Assembly (NCBI GenBank): GCA_963813815.1
Contig: CAWFAD010000010.1
Location: 64,001-128,000 of the forward strand
DNA from: an uncultured bacterium
GTDB taxonomy: Bacteria > Krumholzibacteriota > Krumholzibacteriia > Krumholzibacteriales > Krumholzibacteriaceae
DNA: 64,000 bases
Direction of reading: 5' to 3'
Part shown: one piece after another, positions 52,252 through 60,956 of the stretch
Layout of the letters: the number at the start of each line of letters is the position of its first letter
How positions within the stretch are numbered: the first letter of the stretch is position 1
Position numbers and translations under genes: made by a program
Notes under the pieces: generated by a model
Told to the model about the DNA's origin: nothing
The model's database searches: none
Seen by the model: only the letters and a program-made list of their open reading frames with translations

Positions 52252-53012
52252 GATTCCGGCCGGCCGCTCTCGCGATTCTGCTCGCCGCCGCCTCCTCCTG
52301 CGGCGGACCGAAGCGGAGCGCCATCTCCCCCGAACGCGTGGCGCAGGTCGTGACGCACCGCGTCGAGCAGGGGGAGAGCTGGAAATCGCTCGCGCGGGAT
52401 TTCTACGGCGACGAGTCGAGGGCCGCGGACATCGCGCGTTCGAACGGCATGGATCTCGCGGCGCCTCCCCGGGCGGGAGCGGCCGTGAGGATATCGCTCG
52501 GCGCGCGGGACGCCTCTCGCCTCGAGCGCCGCCTCGAGGCGGCCCGCGATTACAACGCGGGGCTCGATCTCGCCGAGAGCGGCAACTACGCCGCCGCCGC
52601 GGAGAGATTCGAGGAGGCGTTGAAGCTCGATCCTTCGTTCCGCGACGCGTCGTTCAACTACGCGCTCGTCTGCGGCAAGCTCGGCGCCCACGCGAAAGCG
52701 ATCCGCGCTCTCCGCGAGCTCGTTTCCGTCGAGCCCGCCCGCGCGGACTACCGGTACGCCCTCGGCGCGGCCCACTTCGCGGCGGCCGAGCTCGCCTCCG
52801 CCGCGAAGGCGTTCGAGGCGGTTCTCAAGATTGAGCCGCGCCACGCGCGGGCGGTCTTTTCGCTCGCCGCCGTTCTCGAGCGGCAGGGCAAGGCCCCCGA
52901 GGCGGCGAGGCTCTACGAGAGGTACCTCTCGCTCGATCCCGAGGGGGAGTGGGCCGAGGCGGCGCGCTCGCGAATCGAGGCGCTCGCCCGCCCGGCGGGA
53001 GGCGGACGTTGA
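52248..53012 (+). CDS. LysM + TPR lipoprotein
   Basis: Lipobox ASSC; LysM HRVEQGESWKSLARDFYGD; TPRs. Confidence 0.8.
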   Translation: MRFRPAALAILLAAASSCGGPKRSAISPERVAQVVTHRVEQGESWKSLARDFYGDESRAADIARSNGMDLAAPPRAGAAVRISLGARDASRLERRLEAARDYNAGLDLAESGNYAAAAERFEEALKLDPSFRDASFNYALVCGKLGAHAKAIRALRELVSVEPARADYRYALGAAHFAAAELASAAKAFEAVLKIEPRHARAVFSLAAVLERQGKAPEAARLYERYLSLDPEGEWAEAARSRIEALARPAGGGR

Positions 53013-54433
53013 TCGAGCTCCGCGGCGTCTCCTTCGCCTTCGCCGGCGGCCGCGAGATTCTGCGGTCGATCGACCTTTCGATCGAGAACGGGTCGTGGGT
53101 CGCCGTCGCCGGGGGCAACGGCTCGGGCAAGTCGACCCTCTGCCGCCTCGTCGCCGGGCTCTTCCGTCCCTCGGCGGGAACGGTCTCGGTCGACGGCGCG
53201 GATCCATCCTCCGCCGGCGCCCCGCCGGGGGTCGGCATCGCGTTCCAGAACCCCGACAGCCAGTTCGTCACCTCCAGCGTCGAGCGGGAGATCCTGTTCG
53301 GGATGGAGAATCTCGGGCTCGATCCCCGCGAGATGCGCTCGCGTCTCGACGCGATCCCGCCGGCCTTCGGTCTCGCGGATCTGCTCCGCCGCAACCCCCA
53401 CACGCTCTCGGGAGGGGAGAAACAGCGCCTGGTGCTCGCGGGTCTCTCGGCGATGGCGCCCCGGCATCTCGTGCTCGACGAGCCCTTCTCGTTTCTCGAC
53501 GAGGCGGGGAGAAGCTCGTTTCTCGAAACGCTGCGCGGATCGCTCCGCGCGGCGGCGAGGACGGTCGTCTGGTCGACGGTCGACGAGGAGGAGATCGCGC
53601 TCGCCGATCGGGTCGTTTTTCTCCACGGGGGAAGCGTCCTCTACGACGGACCGCCCGGCGCCCTCGCCTCGGCCGTGCCGGAAAGCGCGCTCGACGCGTC
53701 GCTCGTCCGGGCGAAGCGCGCGACGCCCGGCGCGCCCGGGCGCGGAAACGCCGGCGGAGCGGAGCGCCGGCAGGGGCTCGGGGCGGGAACGCCGCCCCTT
53801 CCGATAGAGATCCGCGGCGCGGAGTTCTCCTGGCCGGACGCTGCGTTTTCCCTCGCCGTCGAGGATCTTTCGATCGCGAAGGGGGAGATGACGCTCCTCA
53901 CGGGCCCCTCGGGCTCGGGAAAAACGACGCTTCTTCTCGGCTGCTCAGGCCTGCTCCCCCCGCGCTCGGGAACGGCCGCCGTGCTCGGCCGCCGCATCCG
54001 GTCCCGGCGCGACGCGCCGGTCGGACGCTTCGCCCTGCTCTTTCAGAGCCCCGAGCAGGGTTTCTTCGCCCCGACGGTTCGCGGGGAGATCGCGATCGCC
54101 CGCCGTGCCTTTCACGGCGGCGACGGGATCGACGGGGCCGTCGAGGCGGCGCTCGCCCGGACCGGTCTCGCGCCGGGGGCGTTCCTCGAGCGCAACCCGT
54201 TCGGCCTCTCACAGGGAGAGAAGCGGCTCGTGGCCTTCGCCTCGGCTCTCGTTATCGGCGCCGAGCTCGTGCTGCTCGACGAGCCCACGATCTTTCTCGA
54301 TGGGGCGGCTCGCGCGAGGCTCCGCGATCTTCTCGTGGAGCTCCGGGCCGAGGGGACGACGGTCGTCGCCGCGTCGCACGACAGGCGGTTTTTCGAGCCG
54401 ATCTGCGACCGCGTCGTCGCGCTTTCTCGTTGA
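53009..54433 (+). CDS. ECF-type ABC ATPase with two fused nucleotide-binding domains
   Basis: GGNGSGKST, FQNPDSQF, LSGGEKQR, LDEP; GPSGSGKTT, FQSPE, LSQGEKR, LDEPT. Confidence 0.88.
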   Translation: MIELRGVSFAFAGGREILRSIDLSIENGSWVAVAGGNGSGKSTLCRLVAGLFRPSAGTVSVDGADPSSAGAPPGVGIAFQNPDSQFVTSSVEREILFGMENLGLDPREMRSRLDAIPPAFGLADLLRRNPHTLSGGEKQRLVLAGLSAMAPRHLVLDEPFSFLDEAGRSSFLETLRGSLRAAARTVVWSTVDEEEIALADRVVFLHGGSVLYDGPPGALASAVPESALDASLVRAKRATPGAPGRGNAGGAERRQGLGAGTPPLPIEIRGAEFSWPDAAFSLAVEDLSIAKGEMTLLTGPSGSGKTTLLLGCSGLLPPRSGTAAVLGRRIRSRRDAPVGRFALLFQSPEQGFFAPTVRGEIAIARRAFHGGDGIDGAVEAALARTGLAPGAFLERNPFGLSQGEKRLVAFASALVIGAELVLLDEPTIFLDGAARARLRDLLVELRAEGTTVVAASHDRRFFEPICDRVVALSR

Positions 54434-54520
54434 AATTGCAGGGGAAAGGGAGTACACTCCCGATAGGGGACAACGAGGCCAATCCCGGTCATTGCAAGCA
54501 TTGAAAAAAGGAGGTGACGT

Positions 54521-55063
54521 ATGAAGCGAATGCTCACGCTTTTGGTGGCGCTCCTTGCTTTCTCATCCGCGGCCTCCACGGACATTCGACCGTCGGTGGG
54601 GCTCTTCTCGGACTACAGCCATTCGGAATGCTCGGTTTTCGCGAACTTGTTCACGCCGTTCGATGCCTGGCTGTGGTGGACGCCCGGCCCGGGCGGCATC
54701 ATGGGAGTCGAATGCGCGATCGAGTGCCCGAGCAACGTGGTTTTGGTCTCCAAAACGTACCACCCGGAGCTCCAGTCCCAGCTCGTGGATTGCTGCGAAG
54801 GATTGGAGTGCAGCTGCTTCTACTCGACGTGCCACACGGACTGGGTCTACGTCTTTCGTTTGACGTTCTTGCTATTAGACAATGCTAGTTCCGTGATCGA
54901 CATCGTGCCGTATCCGCCGTCGGGAGGAATCAACGCCGCGACCTGCGAGCCGGGATATCCGATCGTTCCGGCGACTCTGATGAGCGGCCTTTATATCAAC
55001 GCGTGGTGCTTCGTCGCCGTCGAGGAGTCGACCTGGGGGGCGGTCAAGAGCCTGTACCGTTGA
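54521..55063 (+). CDS. Secreted Cys-rich protein, paralogue 1
   Basis: Signal peptide, 10 Cys, C-terminus STWGAVKSLYR; AAGGAGGT RBS. Confidence 0.85.
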   Translation: MKRMLTLLVALLAFSSAASTDIRPSVGLFSDYSHSECSVFANLFTPFDAWLWWTPGPGGIMGVECAIECPSNVVLVSKTYHPELQSQLVDCCEGLECSCFYSTCHTDWVYVFRLTFLLLDNASSVIDIVPYPPSGGINAATCEPGYPIVPATLMSGLYINAWCFVAVEESTWGAVKSLYR

Positions 55064-55140
55064 TCGCGCGGCCGGCGTCGGCCGAAACCGCTCGGGAGGG
55101 CGCCCGCAAAGCCTTCCGGGCGGATTGAAGGGAGCGATAC

Positions 55141-55695
55141 ATGAAGCGAATGCTCACGTTTTCCGTTCTGATTGTTCTTTTCCTTTGCTCGAGCGCCGTG
55201 CCGCAGACGGCGCCGAAGCCGTACGTCGGAGTTTTCGCGGACGCTTACCACTCGGTATGCAGCGTGTATCCCCGTCTCTACTCTCAGTTCGATGCATGGA
55301 TATGGTGGCTCCCCGGGCCCGGGGGGATAAAGGGGGTCGAGTGCGCGATAGCGTATCCGAGCTACATTGTGCGCACGTCCACCACGTTCAACCCGGACCT
55401 CGACTTTATGATACCGACGTGCTGCGAGGGCGGCGTGTGCTCCTGCGTGTTCAACTCGTGCCACACGGAGTGGGTGTGGCTCATTCGCGAGACCTTCCTC
55501 TTCCTCGTCATCACGACGCCCTCATTCATCAGCGTCGTAAACCATCCGCTGTCGAACGGAGTCTACGTCGCCACGTGCGAGCCGGGGTATCCGACGGCTC
55601 CGGCGACGGTTTTTACCGCTCTCGCGATCAATCAGGAGTGCTACATCGCCGTCGAAGCGTCGACGTGGGGGGCGATCAAGAGCCTGTACCGTTGA
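55141..55695 (+). CDS. Secreted Cys-rich protein, paralogue 2
   Basis: Aligns with paralogue 1 (FDAWxWWxPGPGG, CCEG, CHTxWV, ATCEPGYP); C-terminus STWGAIKSLYR. Confidence 0.85.
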   Translation: MKRMLTFSVLIVLFLCSSAVPQTAPKPYVGVFADAYHSVCSVYPRLYSQFDAWIWWLPGPGGIKGVECAIAYPSYIVRTSTTFNPDLDFMIPTCCEGGVCSCVFNSCHTEWVWLIRETFLFLVITTPSFISVVNHPLSNGVYVATCEPGYPTAPATVFTALAINQECYIAVEASTWGAIKSLYR

Positions 55696-55772
55696 TCGCG
55701 CGCACGATGTCGGTTCAAGCCGCTCCGGAGGGCGGCCGCAGAGATTTTCGAGGGTGTTGAAGGGAGCGGCGT

Positions 55773-56315
55773 ATGAAGTGGATGCTCACGCTTTTTGGGG
55801 CGCTGCTGGTTTTCGCCTCGTCGGCGTCCATGGCTGGGGGTCCGTATGTGGGGATCTTCGAGGGCGACGGTCATGCTGCCTGCTCCGTGTTCAGGACCAT
55901 CTGGCAGGCGTTCGATGCCTGGCTGTGGTGGTACCCGGGTCCGGGAGGTTTGAAGTCTGTAGAGTGCGCGGTCGAGTGTCCGAGCAATGTCCTGATGATC
56001 GCCAAGGTTTACCACCCTGATCTCCAGTTTCAGGTGGAGGATTGCTGCGAAGGATTGGAGTGCAGCTGTTCCTACCTGACGTGCCACACGGACTGGGTCT
56101 ACGTCTTTCGTTTGACGTTCTTGCTGATGAACACGGACCCTTCCTCCATCAACATCGTGCCGTATCCGCCGTCGGGAGGAGTCAACGTCGCGACGTGCGA
56201 GCCGGGATACCCGGTCGTTCCCGCGATCGTGTTCAGCAACCTCGGCATCAACCTGCCGTGCGTCATCGGCGCCGAGACGTCGACGTGGGGGGCGATCAAG
56301 GGGCTCTACCGCTAG
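55773..56315 (+). CDS. Secreted Cys-rich protein, paralogue 3
   Basis: Same motifs; C-terminus STWGAIKGLYR. Confidence 0.85.
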   Translation: MKWMLTLFGALLVFASSASMAGGPYVGIFEGDGHAACSVFRTIWQAFDAWLWWYPGPGGLKSVECAVECPSNVLMIAKVYHPDLQFQVEDCCEGLECSCSYLTCHTDWVYVFRLTFLLMNTDPSSINIVPYPPSGGVNVATCEPGYPVVPAIVFSNLGINLPCVIGAETSTWGAIKGLYR

Positions 56316-56351
56316 GCGGCCCGTTTCTCGCCGCGAGAGAGGCGTTTCATT

Positions 56352-56382
56352 CGGGGGAGGCGACCGGTCTCCCCCGTTTTTT
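56352..56382 (+). terminator. Rho-independent terminator closing the paralogue array
   Basis: CGGGGGAG/CTCCCCCG stem followed by TTTTTT. Confidence 0.75.
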
Positions 56383-56512
56383 GTCCTCTTGCAAGCCCGC
56401 TTCCATTCGGCTATCCTCAATCCTCTTTCGCGCCCGCGGGGCGCGTCGCACTAGCGAGTATCACCGGTCGTTTCGAGGAGCGTCGGATCCGGCATGGATG
56501 GAGGGATGGACC

Positions 56513-58198
56513 ATGAAGGCAGCAGCCCGCCTCTCTTGCATCATCCTCGCGCTCGGGCTCGTTTCATTTCTGTCGTGCTCGAAGGGCGTTGAGATGCAGT
56601 TCAAGGATTTTGTGACGGCACACGTCGCGAAGCTCGAGCCGCTCGAGAAGGAGGCGAATCTCGCCTACTGGCAGGCCGCGAACTCCGGCAAGGAGGAGGA
56701 TTATCAGCGCTATTCAGAGGCGCAGCTCAAGCTCGAGAGACTCTATACGAATGCGGAGGATTTCGCGTTCGTGAAGCGTGCGAAAGAGTCGGGAAAGCTC
56801 GCCGATCCTATTCTCCGGCGCACGGCGGAGGTTCTCTATCTGCGCTACGTCGGCAACCAGACCGATTCGCTGCTCCTCGAGCGGATACTCGATATCTCGA
56901 GCGCCGCGGAGAACAAGTTCACGGTGTACCAGCCGGTCGTCGGCGTTGATACGATCAACACGAACGAGGTGTACCGCATCCTCGGCGAGGAGCGGAGCAC
57001 CGTGAAGCGGCGGGCCACGTGGGAGGCGAGCAAGAACGTCGGGCCGCTCGTCCGCGACGATCTCATCGCGCTCGTGAAGCTCCGCAACGAGTCGGCCCGC
57101 AAGGCCGGATTCGAGGACTTCTACACGATGACCCTCACGCTCGGCGAGCAGAAAGAAGAAGATCTCATCGGCATATTCGCCGAGCTCGACGAGATGACCC
57201 GCGAGCCGTTCCTCGCGCTCAAGGCGGAGCTCGACCGCGAGCTCGCGAAATCCTACGGCGTGAAGATCGAGGACCTGCGGCCGTGGCACTACCACGATCC
57301 GTATTTTCAGGAGCTGCCGCAGGTAGGCGAGCTGGACCTCGACTCGTACTACGAAGGAAAGGACGCCGTCGAGACCGCGAAGACGTTCTTCGCGGGCGTC
57401 GGCATGCCCGTCGAGGACATCCTCGCGCGGAGCGACCTCTTCGAACGGCCGGGCAAGAATCCGCACGCCTTCTGCTCGGACATGGACCGGGCCGGGGACA
57501 TCAGGATCCTCGCCAACATGAAGAACAACGGCTACTGGATGGAGACGATCCTGCACGAGCTCGGCCACGGAACGTACGACAAGTACATCGACGGCGGCCT
57601 TCCGTTCCTCCTGCGGAGCTATCCGTCGAGCTGCCTCACCGAGGCGGCCGCCGAGTTCTTCGGGCGGCTGTCGCAGGATCCGGCGTGGATGAAGGCGGCG
57701 CTCGGCATTCCGGACGAGGAGATCGCGAAGATCACGCCCGCGATCGAGCGCTCGCTTCGACTCAAGCAGCTCATCTTCTCGCGGTGGAGCCAGGTGATGT
57801 TCCACTTCGAGCGCAGCCTCTACCGCGATCCGGATCAGGATCTCAACAAGCTCTGGTGGGATCTCGTCGAGCGCTACCAGTACGTGAAGCGTCCCGAGGG
57901 CCGCGACATGCCGGATTGGGCGACGAAGATCCACATGGTCATGAGCCCGGTGTACTACCACAACTACATGCTCGGCGAGCTCGTCGCCTCGCAGGTCCAC
58001 CACCACGTGTACGCCGAGGTGCTGAAGGACGGGGCGGCGGGCGGCGTGTACGGCAATCCCGCGGTGGGCGCGTGGTTCCGCGAGACGTACTACAAACCGG
58101 GTAACGTCGCTCCCTGGAACGCGCACATCGAGGCCGCGACGGGCGAGCCGCTCACCGCGCGGTACTTCGTCGAGCAGTTCGCCAGGGCCGGCATTTGA
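56513..58198 (+). CDS. M2/M3-family (peptidyl-dipeptidase-like) zinc metallopeptidase lipoprotein
   Basis: Lipobox FLSC; DLFERPGKNPHAFC, LHELGH, LTEA, PVYYHNYMLGE. Confidence 0.88.
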   Translation: MKAAARLSCIILALGLVSFLSCSKGVEMQFKDFVTAHVAKLEPLEKEANLAYWQAANSGKEEDYQRYSEAQLKLERLYTNAEDFAFVKRAKESGKLADPILRRTAEVLYLRYVGNQTDSLLLERILDISSAAENKFTVYQPVVGVDTINTNEVYRILGEERSTVKRRATWEASKNVGPLVRDDLIALVKLRNESARKAGFEDFYTMTLTLGEQKEEDLIGIFAELDEMTREPFLALKAELDRELAKSYGVKIEDLRPWHYHDPYFQELPQVGELDLDSYYEGKDAVETAKTFFAGVGMPVEDILARSDLFERPGKNPHAFCSDMDRAGDIRILANMKNNGYWMETILHELGHGTYDKYIDGGLPFLLRSYPSSCLTEAAAEFFGRLSQDPAWMKAALGIPDEEIAKITPAIERSLRLKQLIFSRWSQVMFHFERSLYRDPDQDLNKLWWDLVERYQYVKRPEGRDMPDWATKIHMVMSPVYYHNYMLGELVASQVHHHVYAEVLKDGAAGGVYGNPAVGAWFRETYYKPGNVAPWNAHIEAATGEPLTARYFVEQFARAGI

Positions 58199-59034
58199 TC
58201 TGGCTCGTACCGGCAGCGCTCTGCTCCATAACGATCGCCCTCATCCTCAAGATCAACGAGGGGAGGGGCGGAAACCGCATACTGATCGCCGGGGCGAACT
58301 ATCTCGTCGCCTCGGCGATCTCGTTTCTCATGATCGGGGGGCTTCCCCCGGCGCCGGGGGCGGCGACGCTGGCGCTCGGCGCCGTCTCGGGCGCCGTCTA
58401 CGTGCTCGGCTTTCTCGTTCTCATGACGGCGATCGCGCGCGGCCCGCTCGCCGTGCCGGTCACCGTCGCCCGCCTCTCGGTCGTTATCCCCGTCGTCGTC
58501 TCGATCGCGGTCTGGCGCGAGGCGCCCGGAGCGGCGCAGTGGGCGGGGATCGTTCTCGGCCTCGGGGCGATCGTGCTCTTCGGCTTCGGCATCTCGCCGG
58601 GAAAGGGACGGGCCGGTCTCGGCTACGGCTGGCTCATGATTGCGCTCTTTCTCGTGCTCGGAACCGGGGACGTCCTGCTGAAGGCCTTTCGGGAAACGTC
58701 CGGCGGGCGCGACCGGCTCGTTTTCACGTGGATTCTCTTCACGTCGGCCGCCCTCCTCACGTGGATCGTCATCGCGGCGCGGCGCATTCGCTTCGATGCG
58801 CGAACCTTCGCCCTCGGCCTGCTCCTCGGCGTCCCGAACCTCTTCAGCACCGTTTTTACGCTGCTCGCGCTCCGCTCGGTGGACGCCTCCGTCGCGTTTC
58901 CTCTCATCAACCTCGCGGTCATCGCCGGCACGACCGCCCTCGGGCTCGCCGTCTGGCGCGAGAGGATCGGACGGCTCGGCCTCGCCGCCCTCTTCCTCGC
59001 GGCCGCGGCCATCGTCCTGCTCTCTTTTCGGTGA
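58195..59034 (+). CDS. EamA/DMT family transporter
   Basis: About 10 TM helices in two repeats (VWRE ... VWRE). Confidence 0.8.
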   Translation: MIWLVPAALCSITIALILKINEGRGGNRILIAGANYLVASAISFLMIGGLPPAPGAATLALGAVSGAVYVLGFLVLMTAIARGPLAVPVTVARLSVVIPVVVSIAVWREAPGAAQWAGIVLGLGAIVLFGFGISPGKGRAGLGYGWLMIALFLVLGTGDVLLKAFRETSGGRDRLVFTWILFTSAALLTWIVIAARRIRFDARTFALGLLLGVPNLFSTVFTLLALRSVDASVAFPLINLAVIAGTTALGLAVWRERIGRLGLAALFLAAAAIVLLSFR

Positions 59035-59102
59035 CGCGAGCGGGCCGTAAAAAACCCTTGCGCCCCTCCGGCCATCCGCGCTACGATCCGCCGGAAAGAC
59101 GG

Positions 59103-59182
59103 CCTTTTAATCTGGCCCGGGAGGCCAGGAAAGGATAGAAAGGGTCAGTCCCATCCTCCCTCTCCGGCCGGGTGGGCTTTTT
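59103..59182 (+). promoter_or_regulatory. PyrR-binding RNA leader / attenuator
   Basis: CCTTTTAATCTGGCCCGGGAGGCCAGGAAAGG resembles the PyrR binding loop (CUUUAA...CCNGNGAGG); then terminator stem CCCATCC/GGGTGGG + TTTTT; directly upstream of pyrR. Confidence 0.75.
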
Positions 59183-59219
59183 CATGCGCGCGCCCCCCGC
59201 TCCCAAGGAGGTTCGAGTC

Positions 59220-59900
59220 TTGAGGATCAAGCCCAAATCGACGGTCATGGACAGCGCCCAGATTCGCCGGACGATCGTGCGGATCGCGCATGAGATCATC
59301 GAGCGCAACCGGGGGGTCGACAACCTCATTCTCGTCGGCGTGCGCAAGCGCGGCGTGCCGCTCGCCGAGCGCATCGCCCTCGAGATCGAGCGGTTCGAGG
59401 GCGTGCGGGTTCCCGTCGGCGTCATCGACATCACGCTCTATCGAGACGATCTCCAGATGGTCGCCCAGATGCCGATCGTCGGTGAAACTTCCATCAAAGA
59501 GGACATCACGGCGCGCGTCATCGTGCTCGTCGACGACGTGCTGTACACCGGCCGAACGATCCGCGCGGCGCTCGACGAGCTCATCGACTTCGGGCGGCCG
59601 AGCGCGATCCAGCTCGCCGTGCTCGTCGACCGCGGGCATCGCGAGCTTCCGATCCGCGCCGATTTCGTCGGAAAGAACGTACCGACGGCGAAAGGCGAAA
59701 CGGTCGAAGTGCTCCTCGAGGAGACGGACGGACGCGAAGAGGTCCTGCTCGGGGAGATTATTGAGGAGGAGCCGCCGGCGAAGCCGGCGCAGAAAGGAGA
59801 AAGCATGGCCCCGGTGAAGGCGAAGAAGAAAGCGGCGAAGAAATCCTGCTGCGGAGCGAAGAAGAAACCGGCGAAGCGGACTTGCGGTAAGAAGAAATAG
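59220..59900 (+). CDS. pyrR: Bifunctional pyr operon regulator / UPRTase with Lys-rich C-terminal extension
   Basis: [55 protein letters not shown] start after AAGGAGG. Confidence 0.93.
   Translation: MRIKPKSTVMDSAQIRRTIVRIAHEIIERNRGVDNLILVGVRKRGVPLAERIALEIERFEGVRVPVGVIDITLYRDDLQMVAQMPIVGETSIKEDITARVIVLVDDVLYTGRTIRAALDELIDFGRPSAIQLAVLVDRGHRELPIRADFVGKNVPTAKGETVEVLLEETDGREEVLLGEIIEEEPPAKPAQKGESMAPVKAKKKAAKKSCCGAKKKPAKRTCGKKK
59805..59900 (+). CDS. Possible nested 31-aa basic peptide in frame with the pyrR tail
   Basis: AAAGGAG RBS then [34 protein letters not shown]; resembles the peptide at 4388. Confidence 0.45.
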   Translation: MAPVKAKKKAAKKSCCGAKKKPAKRTCGKKK

Positions 59901-59990
59901 CGAGGAATCCCCGCGCGTTCCGGAGCCGGCCCCCGGCGGAGGCTCCGGCGCGCGGCGGGGGCGGGCATCGAACAAGGGGGTAGAGGGTCC

Positions 59991-60941
59991 GTGCCGTTCA
60001 ATCGAAAGCACCTCCTCGGTCTCGAGGAGCTCACGGCGGAGGAGATCACCGCCATCCTCGACGCCGCCGACACGTTCAAGGAAATCTCCGAGCGGCCGAT
60101 CAAGAAGGTTCCCGCGCTCCGGGGCAAGACGATCGCGAACCTCTTTTACGAGCCGAGCACGCGCACGCGGATCAGCTTCGAGCTGGCCGAGAAACGGCTC
60201 AGCGCCGACAGCGTGAGCTTCTCGAAGCAGGGCTCGTCCGTCGTGAAGGGGGAAACGCTTCGCGACACGGTCGAGAACATCCAGGCGATGAAGGTCGACA
60301 TGGTCGTCATGCGCCACCAGTCCTCCGGAGCGCACCGGTTCCTCGCGAACTACCTCGACGCCTCGATCATCAACGCGGGGGACGGCCAGCACGAGCATCC
60401 GACCCAGGCGCTGCTCGACATGATGACGCTGCGGCAGCGGTGGAAAACCTTCGAGGGAAAACGCGTGACGATCGTCGGCGACATCATGCACAGCCGCGTG
60501 GCGCGCTCGAACGTCTGGGGGCTCACGAAGCTCGGCGCCGCCGTGACCGTCTGCGGTCCCGCGACGATGATGCCGGCCTCCGTCGAGGCGCTCGGCGAGG
60601 GAGGGGTGACGATCGAGCACGACATCCGCGCGGCGGTGGCGGACGCGGACGCGATCAACATCCTGCGGGTGCAGCTCGAGCGCCAGAAGGCGCGGCTCTT
60701 TCCGAGCATGCGGGAGTATTTCGACGTGTTCGGCGTGACGGCCGAGGTTCTCTCGCACGCTCCCGAGCACTGCATCATCATGCATCCCGGCCCCATGAAC
60801 CGGGGGGTCGAAATCGGACAGGAGGTCGCCGACGGCGACCGCGCCGTCATTCTCGAGCAGGTCACCAACGGCGTGGCCGTCCGGATGGCGGTTCTCTTTC
60901 TGCTCGCCGGGGGAAGTCTCGACGCCGGCGCCCTGCAATAG
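59991..60941 (+). CDS. pyrB: Aspartate carbamoyltransferase catalytic subunit
   Basis: FYEPSTRT, KGETL.DT, NAGDG.HEHPTQALLD, GDIMHSRVARS, MHPGPMNRG. Confidence 0.95.
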   Translation: MPFNRKHLLGLEELTAEEITAILDAADTFKEISERPIKKVPALRGKTIANLFYEPSTRTRISFELAEKRLSADSVSFSKQGSSVVKGETLRDTVENIQAMKVDMVVMRHQSSGAHRFLANYLDASIINAGDGQHEHPTQALLDMMTLRQRWKTFEGKRVTIVGDIMHSRVARSNVWGLTKLGAAVTVCGPATMMPASVEALGEGGVTIEHDIRAAVADADAINILRVQLERQKARLFPSMREYFDVFGVTAEVLSHAPEHCIIMHPGPMNRGVEIGQEVADGDRAVILEQVTNGVAVRMAVLFLLAGGSLDAGALQ

Positions 60942-60956
60942 GACGGAGGAACATCG

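Noticed and set aside
54521..56315. Paralogue array as integron cassettes, DGR or CRISPR
   Set aside because: No RYYYAAC/GTTRRRY attC pairing, integrase, reverse transcriptase, adenine-specific variation or repeat-spacer periodicity
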